Shown here piece by piece: positions 20,582-31,565 of a stretch of DNA of 64,000 bases. Within the stretch, counting starts at the first letter, position 1. The number at the start of each line of letters is the position of its first letter. This DNA is from Patescibacteria group bacterium. GTDB lineage: Bacteria; Patescibacteriota; Microgenomatia; Levybacterales; UBA12049. The notes beneath the pieces were generated by a model. The model saw nothing but the letters and a program-made list of their open reading frames with translations. It ran no database searches and had not been told where the DNA came from. Location of the stretch: NCBI GenBank assembly GCA_038064195.1, contig JBBTTO010000002.1, positions 539,722 to 603,721 of the forward strand, read 5' to 3'. The position numbers were made by a program, and so were the translations under genes.

Positions 20582-23500
20582 GAATATCTTTTGGGATCAT
20601 TAAAGTATTAGTTATAGTATTATTATTCGTAATTGCTAGTGTAACTACGACTTCAGCTGCGATGCAGGTGATTCCGCAAAATAATCCCCCGCAACAACCG
20701 AGGGATAAATTCCAGACAGATCTTTTTACCGGATCAGCTACCTATAGCTATCCTATTAACGTGCCAAAGGGCACCAATGATCTTACCCCCGAAGTTAGCT
20801 TTTCATACAACAATCAAGGCGCACACGACACAACAATGCAAAATGGTCTGGGGTGGCAGTTGGAGCGTGATTATATCCAAAGAGATGTTAATTACTCACC
20901 CTGGAATATTACAGATGACAAGTATAAACTGCATTTCAAAGGCCAGACCTATGATCTTGTCTATAACCCAACCGACAGTCTCTTCCATACAAAACAGGAG
21001 TCATTTCTTAAAATTCAACAATTCTTAACCGGCGGACAAGGGACAACCGGTATGTACTGGCAGGTGACTACTCCCGATGGAACGCTCTACCGTTTCGGTT
21101 ATACTACAAACTCAGCTCTTATTTGTGGCGGTCAGACATATGATGGATCCTGGAATGTGGATCAGGTAACTGATACGCATAACAATCATATCTATTTTAG
21201 CTATTTGCAGACTAATGGTGTTGCCTATCTCAGTCAGATCAAATACAACAACGATCAGCTTAGGGAAGTCAACTTTACCTACACTTCCAACTCTTACCAA
21301 AAGCCTGTCTCAGTCCAGGGATGTAGTATTAACGAGACATCAAAATTGTCTGCTATTTCAATCAAAGCAAGCGGAAGTGTCGTCAGAGGCTATGATCTTA
21401 CATATACAAATGCTTCAAATGGTCAGCCGTTGCTCTCCTCAATAACTGAAAAAGGTTCTGACAGCTCCTCTCCCCCCCCAACCACATTTACCTATAACCC
21501 TTCAAGCTCAGGGAATGGTTCAGGTATTGATTTCACAGGTGGAACAAATATAGATGCGGAGCTCAATCATTCAGATGTTGGTCTTTGTGATATGAACGGT
21601 GATGGGTACGTCGATCTTATAAAAACAACAGGAGGAGGGAATTTCAATTGGAATGTTAAACCAGGCAGTGGTACTGCTTTTGCAGCCACCTGGGTAACTA
21701 TGGCCTCAATTCCTGTTCAGTTAGGCGCTTCCAATATGAGACTTACTGATGTGACAGGGGACGGGAAATGTGATGTGGTTCAGACCGTCTATCGGGGAGG
21801 ACCAAATCCTAATTATGACTGGTTTGTCTGGACCAACACATCCGACAAACAGGCCGGGACACTTTCTTTTAGTGGTCAGACCAAATGGGAAGACAATATT
21901 AACTTTGATCAGGCAGCCGGCCTCACTGATACGAGCCTCACGCTTATCGATATGAATGGTGATGGGCTTTCTGATATTGTGCATGTCGGACAAAACAATG
22001 ACTGGGCAGTCTATCTTAACTTACCGGGACAAAATACCTGGAACAATGACAATACTAACTGGGCGCATGGGGTCTCATCTTTCAATAATCCGAGTACCAG
22101 ACTTGCTGATGTGAATGGTGATGGATTCCCTGATGTCATTATCTCAAGTAGTAACGGGGGGCCAAATGAAACCTATGAGGTTCTTCTTAATAGTGGTGGC
22201 TCACTCATGCCTTCTAAGAAATGGATTGATAATGCGAGTGTTGATGCCATTGATTTCAGTAATCACAACGTAGTTATTGCCGATGTCAATGGAGATGGAC
22301 TCCCTGATATTGTGCGGGGCAATGGCTTTAATTCAAGTAATACCAGTGCCCATTGGCAGGTATTACTTAATATGGGAGATCATTTTTCTACAACTATTAC
22401 TACCTGGTTTGATGCGACTATGAATGGGAGTAATGACTTTGACTTAGTTAAAGTTGTCGATCTCAATGGTGATGGTCTGACAGATGTTCTCAATCAGGCT
22501 TTTGGTTCATGGCAGGGTTATATTTCCCAGGGTTTTGCTCCTAATGCTCTTTATGAAATTACCACATCACAAGGGGGGTATATCGCCTTCGATTATACTC
22601 CGTCCACACGGTATTCTAATGGCAGTAATTTATCGTTCCCTCTTTGGCTGGTTAATAGGATGACTGTGCGGAATGGGCTTCCGGCACCGCACAGTACATC
22701 TGATGTTACAAACTATTTCTATGGAAATGGTAAATACAATGTCCAGCAGAGAGAGTTCCGAGGCTTTGGCAGCGTCAATGAAATATTAGCTAGTGGGACT
22801 AAGAGAGCATATAATTTTAATCAAGACGACGCACTGAAAGGAAGGCTTGCGTTGGAGGCTACCAGGGACACTAATGATAACCTCTACGCACGAACCGATT
22901 ATAGCTGGAGTAATTCACAAAGCAATAGTATTTATACTGTCTTGCTACAGTCTCAGCAAAAGTTTACCTATGATGGTGCGGGTGCAAATGCAAAGATCAT
23001 CCAGACTGATTATACGTATGATATCTTCGGGAATATTACCAAAACCTCAGAACTCGGTGATACGAGTTTAACAGGAGATGAGCGCTTCACTTACTCAGAG
23101 TATGCCTCAAATCCGACTCTTTGGCTGGTTAGCACTCCGAAACATACGTATAAAAGAGCAGCCGACGACACGACTAAACTCTCAGAGTCATGGTTTTACT
23201 ATGACGGTCATACAGGTCTTGATGACGCACCGACGAGAGGTGATGTCACGAAAGAAGTTAAATGGCTTAATACAGCCTCCGTAAATCCGACTATTCTTTC
23301 TGAGTATGATGCGTTTGGTAATCTTATTAAAGTAACTGATGCCAATAGTCACATTACGGGGTATCACTATGGTACGAGTGATACCACCTCAACATACCCT
23401 GACAATTCAACCAACGCCAAAAATCAAATAACTTCATACCTGTATGATCTCGGGACTGGCAACCTCCTTTCATCGTCTGATCCGAACGGATTTATCACTT

Positions 23501-26500
23501 CTTATCTGTATGATACTTTCGGCAGACTCAGCAAGGAGATCAAACCATATGATACCGCCAGCTTCCCAACGACTAGTTATCAATATTTTACTGATGGAGT
23601 AGCTCCTGAGGGTATCCTGGTTGCCAAACGTCAGACCAGCGGAGCTGCAGGAACACTTGATACCTATACCTGGGCTGATGGACTCGGAAGGGTTCTTCAG
23701 ACACGTGCACCTGCAGAGAATACTTCTCAGCAGATCGTAGTTGATTCATTCTATGGGCCAAGTAGTAAGGTAATTAAGCAAACAGTGCCTTATTTGACGA
23801 CGCTGAGTGCTGCGTATGCAACGCCTGTGAGTGGAGTAAGGGCGACAACAACGGTCTATGATCCGCTTGATCGGCCGACACTTGTAACCAATCCCAACGG
23901 GACGACTCGCACTACAGCGTATGATCACTGGAAAGTCAGTACAACTGATGAGAATAGTCATGTCGTGAATAAGATTTTCAACGCTTTTGACAAAATAATC
24001 AGAATTGAAGAGATTGTGGCCTCACTCCCACAAGTCACCACGTATGCTTACAATGGGTTAGACAATTTGATCGCGATTACCGATAGCGCGGGTAACAATT
24101 TTTCACTCTCCTATGACTCATTGGGTAGACGAGTTACTCAAGTCGATCCGGATTTGGGTACATGGCGCTATGAATATGATAGTGTCGGAAATCTGACGAA
24201 AAGAACAGATAATCGTAATATAGCGATTGTGAAAAACTATGATGAGTTAGATCGCTTGACTAAAGTAGATTATCCAACTGATACCGATATCACGTATACC
24301 TATGATGGTAATACGAGGATTGGGAGCCTGACATCTGTCATCGATACAGCCGGGACGATCAACTATACTTATGACAACCGTCTCCGCAAATTATCAGAGC
24401 AACGCACGATCGATGGTACGAGCTGGACGACACAATACGCCTACGATGCGCTTGATCGGATAATGAGCCAAACAAATCCGGATGGCGAGGTGGTAGGGTA
24501 TACCTTTAACTCCCAAGGCGAGATAGATAAAGTGACCGGAATTCTCAACAATATCGACTACAGTGCTTTGGGAAAGATTACTAAAAAAGATTTTGCCAAT
24601 GCTTTGTCTACAGTATATTCGTACAACTCCGATGACTTCCGGCTGCATAACATCAAAACAGGTTCGCTGCAGGATCTGACCTATACATACGATAATGTGG
24701 GGAATATAACAAGTATTGCTAATGCAGTAACGAGTAAGACTCAAAATTTCGGTTACGATGATCTGAACAGGTTGCTTACAGCTTCGCTCACCGGAGGCTA
24801 TAATTATGCTTACAGCTACAACGCAATCGGTAATTTACTGACATTCAATAATGGTTCAGCCACTATTAATTACACATATGGCCAGAATGTCGGGGTACAT
24901 GCCCTGACCACCTCTTCCGAAACTGCAGTAGCTACACCGACGCCGACTCCAACGTCCACCCAACCTACGCCCACTCCGACACCATTACCTGGGGGCGGGA
25001 CTGAACTCCTGGGTACGATCTGGACGCTCTCAGGCAATAATAGTGACGCACAGAATGATAAAGTAATTACTTCCAATTCTCTTAACGGGATGACATCGGC
25101 TCAGGTTACGTTCAATTTACATGGCAAGACATTCGGCACAGGAGACGATGAAGCATCAATTATCTTTATTCAAAATGGAGTATGGCTGGCAGCAAATGTC
25201 ACCAAATTCGGTGCTCAAAATGGTTTGGATGGTTTACAAACGGTAACGATCCCCTTGACAAGCTTCCATAAGGTTAATGATGCAAGTGTAACCCTCGATC
25301 CGAGTCAGCCAGTCTCAAATCTGCATGCCAGGTTCTGGAATAGTTTTTCATTCACAGTCGATATTACGAGCGTTAAAGTCACAGCAGTGACGAGTACTCT
25401 TCAGTCTCAGGGTAAACCAATCGTCGCATCGACACAAAAGACGGGATATGAGGCCACAAAAGCCAATGATGGCAATATTGGTTCGTACTGGGAAGGAGTG
25501 GATCATGCCTTTCCAGCTTCGCTTACGGTGGATTTGGGAGCAGTCTATTCAGTAGACAAAGTGGTTATGAAGCTTAACTGGGGCGCGAGAACGGAAAATG
25601 TTACGATTTTAGGGAGCACGGATAACACTACTTTCACCACTATCGTTGGAGCTACTAATTATTCTATAGGCAATGTTCCTGTTACCTTTACGTCGCGAAA
25701 TATACGTTATGTACGGATTATGGTTAATGCCAATAGTGTAACGCCTGCTGGACAAATGGCAGAGTTTGAAGTATGGGGACAAGGTTCAGGTGGACCGACT
25801 CCAACCCCTACAGTTCAGCCAACGCCTACACCAACTGCTACACCCACTCCAACACCAACGCCTGCAAGTGGTTATACTGGTCAGTACTATTCAAATAAAA
25901 CACTCTCTGGTTCACCTACGTTGACGAGAAATGATACTGCCATTAATTTTGACTGGGGATCTGGAAGACCCGATCCATTGCTGCCTGTTGATAACTTTTC
26001 CGTACGTTGGAACAGAACCATTAATTTCACAGCCGGTTCATATAAATTCTCGATGACCGGGGATGATGGAGTAAGACTTAAGATAGACGGAGTCACAGTA
26101 ATCGATAAATGGATTGACCAGGGACCAACTACCTATACAACCACCCAACAGTTAACAGCAGGTAACCATACGATAGTTATGGAGTATTACGAAAGTGGTG
26201 GTGGAGCTGTGGCTAAACTCTCCTATCTGGAAGTTCAGGCGCCGACCCCAACGCCTACGCCCTCTGGTAGTGGCACAGAGATACTCGGAACTATCTGGAC
26301 GCTTATCGGCAATAATGGTGCTGCTGAGAGAGACAAAACACTTGCGGCCAATACCTTAAATGGTAAAACATCCGCACAAATTACCTTTGATCTGCATGGT
26401 GCAACTTTCGGCGGGGGAGATGATGAGGCCTCAATTGTTTTCGTCCAAAGCGGCGATTGGCGGGCAGCCAACGTCACTAAGTTCGGGGCGCAAAACGGCT

Positions 26501-26664
26501 TGAATGGGAGTCAGACAGTGACGATCCCATTGACGAGCTTTCACAAAGTAGGCAATGCGGGTATTACTCTTAATCCTGCGCTGTCAGTTTCCAACCTCCA
26601 TGCCAGGTTCTGGAGGAGCTCTTCATTTACTGTTGATATAACCAGCGTCAAGCTCCTCCCCTAA
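20572..26664 (+). CDS. Large secreted SpvB/FG-GAP/TcB-mid/YD-repeat shell protein with C-terminal glycan-binding modules (two jelly-roll repeats, F5/8-C, PA14); no Rhs core or toxin
   Basis: Signal peptide; TGSATYSYPI..P.G and GLGWQL; several DxNGDGxxD; REFRGFG; YD repeats; PT linkers; DGN..SYW/VDLG; FSVRW/DDGVRL/MEYYE. Confidence 0.88.
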   Translation: MAMRISFGIIKVLVIVLLFVIASVTTTSAAMQVIPQNNPPQQPRDKFQTDLFTGSATYSYPINVPKGTNDLTPEVSFSYNNQGAHDTTMQNGLGWQLERDYIQRDVNYSPWNITDDKYKLHFKGQTYDLVYNPTDSLFHTKQESFLKIQQFLTGGQGTTGMYWQVTTPDGTLYRFGYTTNSALICGGQTYDGSWNVDQVTDTHNNHIYFSYLQTNGVAYLSQIKYNNDQLREVNFTYTSNSYQKPVSVQGCSINETSKLSAISIKASGSVVRGYDLTYTNASNGQPLLSSITEKGSDSSSPPPTTFTYNPSSSGNGSGIDFTGGTNIDAELNHSDVGLCDMNGDGYVDLIKTTGGGNFNWNVKPGSGTAFAATWVTMASIPVQLGASNMRLTDVTGDGKCDVVQTVYRGGPNPNYDWFVWTNTSDKQAGTLSFSGQTKWEDNINFDQAAGLTDTSLTLIDMNGDGLSDIVHVGQNNDWAVYLNLPGQNTWNNDNTNWAHGVSSFNNPSTRLADVNGDGFPDVIISSSNGGPNETYEVLLNSGGSLMPSKKWIDNASVDAIDFSNHNVVIADVNGDGLPDIVRGNGFNSSNTSAHWQVLLNMGDHFSTTITTWFDATMNGSNDFDLVKVVDLNGDGLTDVLNQAFGSWQGYISQGFAPNALYEITTSQGGYIAFDYTPSTRYSNGSNLSFPLWLVNRMTVRNGLPAPHSTSDVTNYFYGNGKYNVQQREFRGFGSVNEILASGTKRAYNFNQDDALKGRLALEATRDTNDNLYARTDYSWSNSQSNSIYTVLLQSQQKFTYDGAGANAKIIQTDYTYDIFGNITKTSELGDTSLTGDERFTYSEYASNPTLWLVSTPKHTYKRAADDTTKLSESWFYYDGHTGLDDAPTRGDVTKEVKWLNTASVNPTILSEYDAFGNLIKVTDANSHITGYHYGTSDTTSTYPDNSTNAKNQITSYLYDLGTGNLLSSSDPNGFITSYLYDTFGRLSKEIKPYDTASFPTTSYQYFTDGVAPEGILVAKRQTSGAAGTLDTYTWADGLGRVLQTRAPAENTSQQIVVDSFYGPSSKVIKQTVPYLTTLSAAYATPVSGVRATTTVYDPLDRPTLVTNPNGTTRTTAYDHWKVSTTDENSHVVNKIFNAFDKIIRIEEIVASLPQVTTYAYNGLDNLIAITDSAGNNFSLSYDSLGRRVTQVDPDLGTWRYEYDSVGNLTKRTDNRNIAIVKNYDELDRLTKVDYPTDTDITYTYDGNTRIGSLTSVIDTAGTINYTYDNRLRKLSEQRTIDGTSWTTQYAYDALDRIMSQTNPDGEVVGYTFNSQGEIDKVTGILNNIDYSALGKITKKDFANALSTVYSYNSDDFRLHNIKTGSLQDLTYTYDNVGNITSIANAVTSKTQNFGYDDLNRLLTASLTGGYNYAYSYNAIGNLLTFNNGSATINYTYGQNVGVHALTTSSETAVATPTPTPTSTQPTPTPTPLPGGGTELLGTIWTLSGNNSDAQNDKVITSNSLNGMTSAQVTFNLHGKTFGTGDDEASIIFIQNGVWLAANVTKFGAQNGLDGLQTVTIPLTSFHKVNDASVTLDPSQPVSNLHARFWNSFSFTVDITSVKVTAVTSTLQSQGKPIVASTQKTGYEATKANDGNIGSYWEGVDHAFPASLTVDLGAVYSVDKVVMKLNWGARTENVTILGSTDNTTFTTIVGATNYSIGNVPVTFTSRNIRYVRIMVNANSVTPAGQMAEFEVWGQGSGGPTPTPTVQPTPTPTATPTPTPTPASGYTGQYYSNKTLSGSPTLTRNDTAINFDWGSGRPDPLLPVDNFSVRWNRTINFTAGSYKFSMTGDDGVRLKIDGVTVIDKWIDQGPTTYTTTQQLTAGNHTIVMEYYESGGGAVAKLSYLEVQAPTPTPTPSGSGTEILGTIWTLIGNNGAAERDKTLAANTLNGKTSAQITFDLHGATFGGGDDEASIVFVQSGDWRAANVTKFGAQNGLNGSQTVTIPLTSFHKVGNAGITLNPALSVSNLHARFWRSSSFTVDITSVKLLP
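24991..26661 (+). repeat. Duplicated ~130-aa jelly-roll domain (~24991-25383 and ~26266-26661) with Pro-Thr linkers
   Basis: Both copies read GTE.LGTIWTL.GNN...DDEASI.F.Q.G.W.AANVTKFGAQNGL.G.QTVTIPLTSFHKV...VSNLHARFW...FTVDITSVK. Confidence 0.9.
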
Positions 26665-26695
26665 CTGCAATTTATTTTTATTTAGAGTTCCTCCC

Positions 26696-26744
26696 TTGAC
26701 AGTATGGTCTTTCGGGTGTTTAATATCCCTGTAGGGGGGATATT
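26696..26744 (+). promoter_or_regulatory. Copper-operon promoter with CsoR-type operator
   Basis: TTGACA-17 bp-TTTAAT overlapped by inverted repeat AATATCCC-TGTAGGG-GGGATATT containing C and G tracts. Confidence 0.75.
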
Positions 26745-26762
26745 CTTGAGAAAAGGACACAT

Positions 26763-27038
26763 ATGTCATACCGACCGAAAAATACTGACGAACGCATCTT
26801 GCACCGCTTGAAAATTGCCCGGGGGCACTTGGAGAAGGTTATTTCTATGGTTGAGAACGATACATATTGTATTGACGTCATGCATCAAATGCAGGCTGTT
26901 GAGAAAGGACTTAATCAAACAGGAAATCTTATTCTTGAAAATCACTTAAAGACATGTGTCGCGGATGCTATCAGTAAGGGGCGAAAGGACGAAGCGATAA
27001 CTGAGATAATGAGCGTCTTTAAGCAAAAAAACAGCTAG
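26763..27038 (+). CDS. csoR: Copper-sensing repressor, CsoR/RcnR family
   Basis: RLKIARGHL, YCIDV, HLKTC metal-binding motif. Confidence 0.9.
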   Translation: MSYRPKNTDERILHRLKIARGHLEKVISMVENDTYCIDVMHQMQAVEKGLNQTGNLILENHLKTCVADAISKGRKDEAITEIMSVFKQKNS

Positions 27039-27052
27039 AAAGTAAGCTAACT

Positions 27053-27412
27053 ATGGAAATTGATAAGATAATTATTTTGCTGTCAGGATTAGGCGGAATT
27101 GCACTTACCTATTGGTTTTTTCTCATGAAAAAAGATGAAATCGTAAAGGCCAGAGGGGAAATAAAAATACTTGTGAAAGGCGGCTATAAGCCAAGCGTCA
27201 TTGAGGTTCCACGAGGGGAGAGGACGACACTCACATTCCTGCGAGAAGACCCCAGCACGTGCCTTGAAGAGGTTATCTTAGGGGATTTTAAGGTTAAAAA
27301 GTATTTACCCCTTAATGAGGAAGTAAAGATCGAAATAATTCCGCAAAAAAAGGGTGTCTTTCATTTCTCATGTGGAATGAACATGTTTCATGGAAAGGTA
27401 TTAGTAAAGTGA
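27053..27412 (+). CDS. Membrane-anchored cupredoxin-domain protein (CupA-like)
   Basis: N-terminal [18 protein letters not shown]. Confidence 0.85.
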   Translation: MEIDKIIILLSGLGGIALTYWFFLMKKDEIVKARGEIKILVKGGYKPSVIEVPRGERTTLTFLREDPSTCLEEVILGDFKVKKYLPLNEEVKIEIIPQKKGVFHFSCGMNMFHGKVLVK

Positions 27413-27413
27413 T

Positions 27414-29636
27414 ATGACACAGGTCACCAAAACATACCCGTTACTCGGCATGCATTGTGCTTCATGTGTACGGGTGACAGAACGTGCGTTAAAGAAAGTT
27501 CCTGGTGTGAAAGACGCTGTCGTGAATCTCTCATCAGAAAAAGCCACTGTTATCTATGATGAAGAAGAGTGCTCTCCTGAAAATCTCTCAGCGTCAGTTG
27601 CTAAGACTGGCTACACACTCTCAATTGACGAAAAAAGTGAGGAGCGAATAAAAGCCACCAAAGAAAAAGAACTCCGAGATCTTCGAATCAAGACTACTTT
27701 TAGCCTCGTAGGAGGGTTATTTATCTTCTGGGGAAGTTTTCCAGGGCTGATGGACTTTGCCCCTGAGTTTTTGAAGAGTTTTCTTATCCAGTTTTTGATC
27801 GCTCTTCCGATTCAGTTTTGGGCTGGTTCAACGTTCTATCGCGCAGCAGTCCCAGCGCTTAAGAACCGTCTGGCAAATATGGACACGCTTGTGGCGCTTG
27901 GGACGACAGTGGCTTTTGTCTACTCAGCTTTTGTGACCTTTTTCCCAACTCTTATTGAACAAATTGGACTGGAGGCTAGTCCATATTTTGACGTTGCAAC
28001 CATTGTCATCGGCCTTATTCTTTTAGGTCGGTACTTTGAGGCACGAGCAAAGAGCCGGACCTCAGAAGCCATTAAAAAATTGATTGGAATGCAAGCGAAA
28101 ACAGCTCGCGTTGTGCGCGATAATAAGGAAATTGATCTACCTATCGAACAGGTAATTATTGGGGATGTAATTAGGGTCAGGCCCGGAGAGAAGATCCCAG
28201 TTGATGGAGAGATTATCGAAGGCAATTCAGCTATCGATGAATCAATGGTGACGGGTGAGAGTATGCCTGTAGAAAAGACTCCGGGTGATGAGGTTATCGG
28301 TGCAACACTAAATAAATCTGGCTCATTCCTCTATAAAGCAACTAAAGTAGGTGATGAAACCATGCTCGCACAGATTATTAAGCTGGTCCAGGAAGCGCAA
28401 GGGAGCAAAGCCCCCATCCAGCGAATTGCCGATACGATTTCATCATATTTCGTTCCGATCGTTATTATGCTCGCGATCCTAACCTTTGTAATCTGGTATT
28501 TGTTTGGTACATCACCGGCATTTCTTTATGCAATGCTAAATACTGTTGCTGTACTGATTATCGCCTGTCCATGTGCGATGGGACTTGCTACACCCACAGC
28601 GATAATGGTTGGGACAGGGAAGGGAGCTGAACATGGGATTCTGATAAAAGATGCAGGGAGCCTTGAGATTGCCGGGAAAATAAAAACAGTGATTTTTGAT
28701 AAGACAGGAACGCTCACTAGAGGCGAGCCGGAGGTGACCGATGTAGAGTCACACAATGGATTTTCTGAAGAGCAGGTCCTTCAAATAGCAGCCTCTTTAG
28801 AGAAAGGCTCAGAACATCCATTAGCAAGTGCAATTTTAAAATACGCTGAAACGAAAAAAATTGAGGAGAAAAAAATTGATAATTTTAGCGCGATTGCAGG
28901 GCATGGCATCACGGGAAAAGTTGGCGAGAAGCAGCTGCTCCTTGGCAACAAGCGCCTTATGGAAAAAGAAAAGGTTGATATGAATGTATTTACCGATAGT
29001 ATTAAACGTTTAGAGGGTGAAGCGAAGACGGTTATATTAGTTGCTGTTGATACTAAGATCGCAGGTATCATTGCAGTTGCAGATACTATAAAAGACTCGG
29101 CAAAGGAGGGAGTAAAACTCCTACAAAAGATGGGTATTGAGGTTATCATGCTTACAGGTGACAACACGGCCACAGCACAAGCGATAGCAGAACAGTTAGG
29201 TATATCACGCGTGATCGCTGAAGTTCTACCGGGTGATAAAGAACGTCAGGTGCGAACGGTTCAACATGAGGGGAAAGTAGTTGCCATGGTGGGAGACGGT
29301 ATCAATGATGCACCGGCGCTGGCGGCTGCAGATGTTGGCATAGCCATGGGCAGTGGGACAGATATAGCAATTGAGGCTGCTGATATTACTCTCATTAACA
29401 AAGATCTTCAAACAGTAGGTCAGGCTATCAAGCTCTCCCGTAGTACGATGCGAACCATCAAACAAAATTTATTTTGGGCATTTGCTTACAATGTGATCCT
29501 TATTCCGGTAGCGATGGGAGCTTTATACCCATTGTTCGGGTTGCTTCTTAGTCCAATTTTTGCTTCAATAGCCATGGCTTCCAGCTCAATTTCAGTTGTT
29601 TCTAACTCATTATTGCTTAAAAGGACGAGGTTATAA
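27414..29636 (+). CDS. copA: Copper-translocating P1B-type ATPase
   Basis: GMHCASC, TGES, CPC, DKTGT, SEHP, GDGIND and YN motifs. Confidence 0.96.
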   Translation: MTQVTKTYPLLGMHCASCVRVTERALKKVPGVKDAVVNLSSEKATVIYDEEECSPENLSASVAKTGYTLSIDEKSEERIKATKEKELRDLRIKTTFSLVGGLFIFWGSFPGLMDFAPEFLKSFLIQFLIALPIQFWAGSTFYRAAVPALKNRLANMDTLVALGTTVAFVYSAFVTFFPTLIEQIGLEASPYFDVATIVIGLILLGRYFEARAKSRTSEAIKKLIGMQAKTARVVRDNKEIDLPIEQVIIGDVIRVRPGEKIPVDGEIIEGNSAIDESMVTGESMPVEKTPGDEVIGATLNKSGSFLYKATKVGDETMLAQIIKLVQEAQGSKAPIQRIADTISSYFVPIVIMLAILTFVIWYLFGTSPAFLYAMLNTVAVLIIACPCAMGLATPTAIMVGTGKGAEHGILIKDAGSLEIAGKIKTVIFDKTGTLTRGEPEVTDVESHNGFSEEQVLQIAASLEKGSEHPLASAILKYAETKKIEEKKIDNFSAIAGHGITGKVGEKQLLLGNKRLMEKEKVDMNVFTDSIKRLEGEAKTVILVAVDTKIAGIIAVADTIKDSAKEGVKLLQKMGIEVIMLTGDNTATAQAIAEQLGISRVIAEVLPGDKERQVRTVQHEGKVVAMVGDGINDAPALAAADVGIAMGSGTDIAIEAADITLINKDLQTVGQAIKLSRSTMRTIKQNLFWAFAYNVILIPVAMGALYPLFGLLLSPIFASIAMASSSISVVSNSLLLKRTRL

Positions 29637-29637
29637 T

Positions 29638-30759
29638 ATGCGGATAAAAATCTCAAAAAAGGTTCTCAAAATTTTTATGGGGCTTGGAGGAGTGATTCTC
29701 TTTTTCCTTGCGCTCAATATATTTATTAAAGCACCAAGCACGGGGAGTGGAACACAGGTAAATCTGATAAGTGTATTCTTAACGGGACTGCTCACCGGTG
29801 GACTCACCTGTCTGGCAGTTCAAGGTGGGTTATTAGCAGCCACTCTTGCTCAGCGTGAGGAGCAAAAATTAAAAGAAAAAACAGTGAGCTCCGGTAACGC
29901 CATCCCGATTCTTTCTTTTCTCCTGTCAAAACTTCTGGCTTATACCATACTCGGAATGTTGCTTGGCTGGCTTGGTTCGCTCTTTACTCTTTCACTTTCA
30001 GCCATGGGAATTATCACGATCGTGGTTGGGGTATTCATGATAGGTACTGCTCTCAATATGCTGAACGTCCACCCCATCTTTAGATACTTTGTTATCCAAC
30101 CTCCGCGTTTTTTGACACGATTTGTCCGTAAACAGTCAAAGAGTAGTGATCTCTTTGCTCCGGCTATTGTTGGTTCTTTGACTGTCTTTATTCCTTGTGG
30201 CACGACACAGGCCATGATGGCTTTGGCAATTGCGTCTGCTAATCCGTGGCTTGGGACGCTTATTATGTTTTCATTCGTGTTGGGGACATCACCTGTCTTT
30301 TTTACTCTCGGGTACTTTACAACAAAACTCACCGAGTCCTTACACGGAAAATTTCTTAAGTTCGCGGCCGTTATGATTATCCTGATTTCTCTTTACACGA
30401 TGAATAATGCCTTATTTCTGACAGGGAGTAGATTCGCAGCGCAAAATTTTCTCTCTTTAGCTAAGGAAGGCACTCCTTCTGATCAACAAGTCGTGACTGA
30501 AGCAACAATAACAATTAATGATAAAGGTTATTCACCTCAGGAAATCTCAATGAGAGCAGGTGAGAAAGTAAAGATCACCTTCGTTAATACAAATGGTCTT
30601 GGCTGTCAGCAAGCCTTCAGTATCCCGCAGCTTAATTTTCAAAAAATCATAAGAGTAGGAGAGACATCAACAGCTGAAGTAGTTATGCCGAAGGAGAGCG
30701 GGGATATTGCTTTTACTTGTAGTATGGGTATGTATACGGGGGTGATACACGTTATATGA
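29638..30759 (+). CDS. DsbD_2/TauE-like membrane protein with C-terminal cupredoxin domain
   Basis: TCLAVQGG, IPCG, FTCSMGMY; within the copper operon. Confidence 0.8.
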   Translation: MRIKISKKVLKIFMGLGGVILFFLALNIFIKAPSTGSGTQVNLISVFLTGLLTGGLTCLAVQGGLLAATLAQREEQKLKEKTVSSGNAIPILSFLLSKLLAYTILGMLLGWLGSLFTLSLSAMGIITIVVGVFMIGTALNMLNVHPIFRYFVIQPPRFLTRFVRKQSKSSDLFAPAIVGSLTVFIPCGTTQAMMALAIASANPWLGTLIMFSFVLGTSPVFFTLGYFTTKLTESLHGKFLKFAAVMIILISLYTMNNALFLTGSRFAAQNFLSLAKEGTPSDQQVVTEATITINDKGYSPQEISMRAGEKVKITFVNTNGLGCQQAFSIPQLNFQKIIRVGETSTAEVVMPKESGDIAFTCSMGMYTGVIHVI

Positions 30760-30971
30760 TGACGATAACTCTTAAAATAAATGGCATGCATTGCACAAGC
30801 TGTGCTTTCAATATTGACGGCGAATTGGAAGATATGGATGGAGTGAAGGAGGCTTCAACTAACTATGCCAAGCAGGTGACACGTGTCACCTTTGATGAGC
30901 AAAAAGTATCCCCCGATAAATTCCAAATGATTATTTCCGGACTCGGTTACTCTGCATCTGTTGAAAATTAG
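30756..30971 (+). CDS. copZ: Heavy-metal-associated copper chaperone (CopZ-like)
   Basis: GMHCTSC motif; 71 aa. Confidence 0.85.
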   Translation: MMTITLKINGMHCTSCAFNIDGELEDMDGVKEASTNYAKQVTRVTFDEQKVSPDKFQMIISGLGYSASVEN

Positions 30972-31060
30972 TTGAATTGAAGACTTCGGTATGGCCTTAT
31001 TGGCATTGTTATTACTCTTGATCTAATTGACTTATTTTATTTTTCTGATATAAGAAGAAC

Positions 31061-31522
31061 ATGCGTCTAAGTAAAGACAGTGGGTACCTGTTTGTTGATG
31101 TTTCAGTAGGAGAAGCCTATAGGTTGATGGAGGGAAGAGGTTGTGGAGAACGTGGTGGTCTGACTCCTGATGCAAAAGTAGAAGTATATCCTCTAAGTAT
31201 GAGAGATCCTGAAGCCGCAGTAGTAAATCCCTACACTGAGAGTAGTTTATATCTTACTGCTTTGAAAACAAGCCAAGAGCCAAAACCACAAGCAGAGCTC
31301 CTCGGAAATGAAGACTTGCTCGTTTTTGTCCCCGATATTGTTCCTCACAGACAAGATATAGGAGGGGTGCATGTCCCAAGAAGCACTATTCAGACTCCGG
31401 GGGTTGAAGAAGATGCAAGAGAACATCGATTAGGAATAGTGCCAAGAGGAGGAGTTATCGTTAATTTTGACGATTCGATAGTCAGGATCGCTCCGACGTA
31501 CCGTTTCCCTGACGAGAAGTAG
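31061..31522 (+). CDS. Hypothetical protein
   Basis: 153-aa ORF filling the gap before ileS. Confidence 0.6.
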   Translation: MRLSKDSGYLFVDVSVGEAYRLMEGRGCGERGGLTPDAKVEVYPLSMRDPEAAVVNPYTESSLYLTALKTSQEPKPQAELLGNEDLLVFVPDIVPHRQDIGGVHVPRSTIQTPGVEEDAREHRLGIVPRGGVIVNFDDSIVRIAPTYRFPDEK

Positions 31523-31565
31523 TACCTCATTGAACAATCTGCTTATTTCAGCTAGAATTGAGGCT

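Noticed and set aside
24931-26262. ACNCCN repeats as a CRISPR or DNA repeat array
   Set aside because: They are degenerate codons for Pro-Thr linkers; no repeat-spacer array or cas gene was seen in the window.
18799-26703. CTTGACAGT on both sides of the Rhs locus as a target-site duplication
   Set aside because: Both copies coincide with promoter -35 boxes, so the match is explained without mobility.
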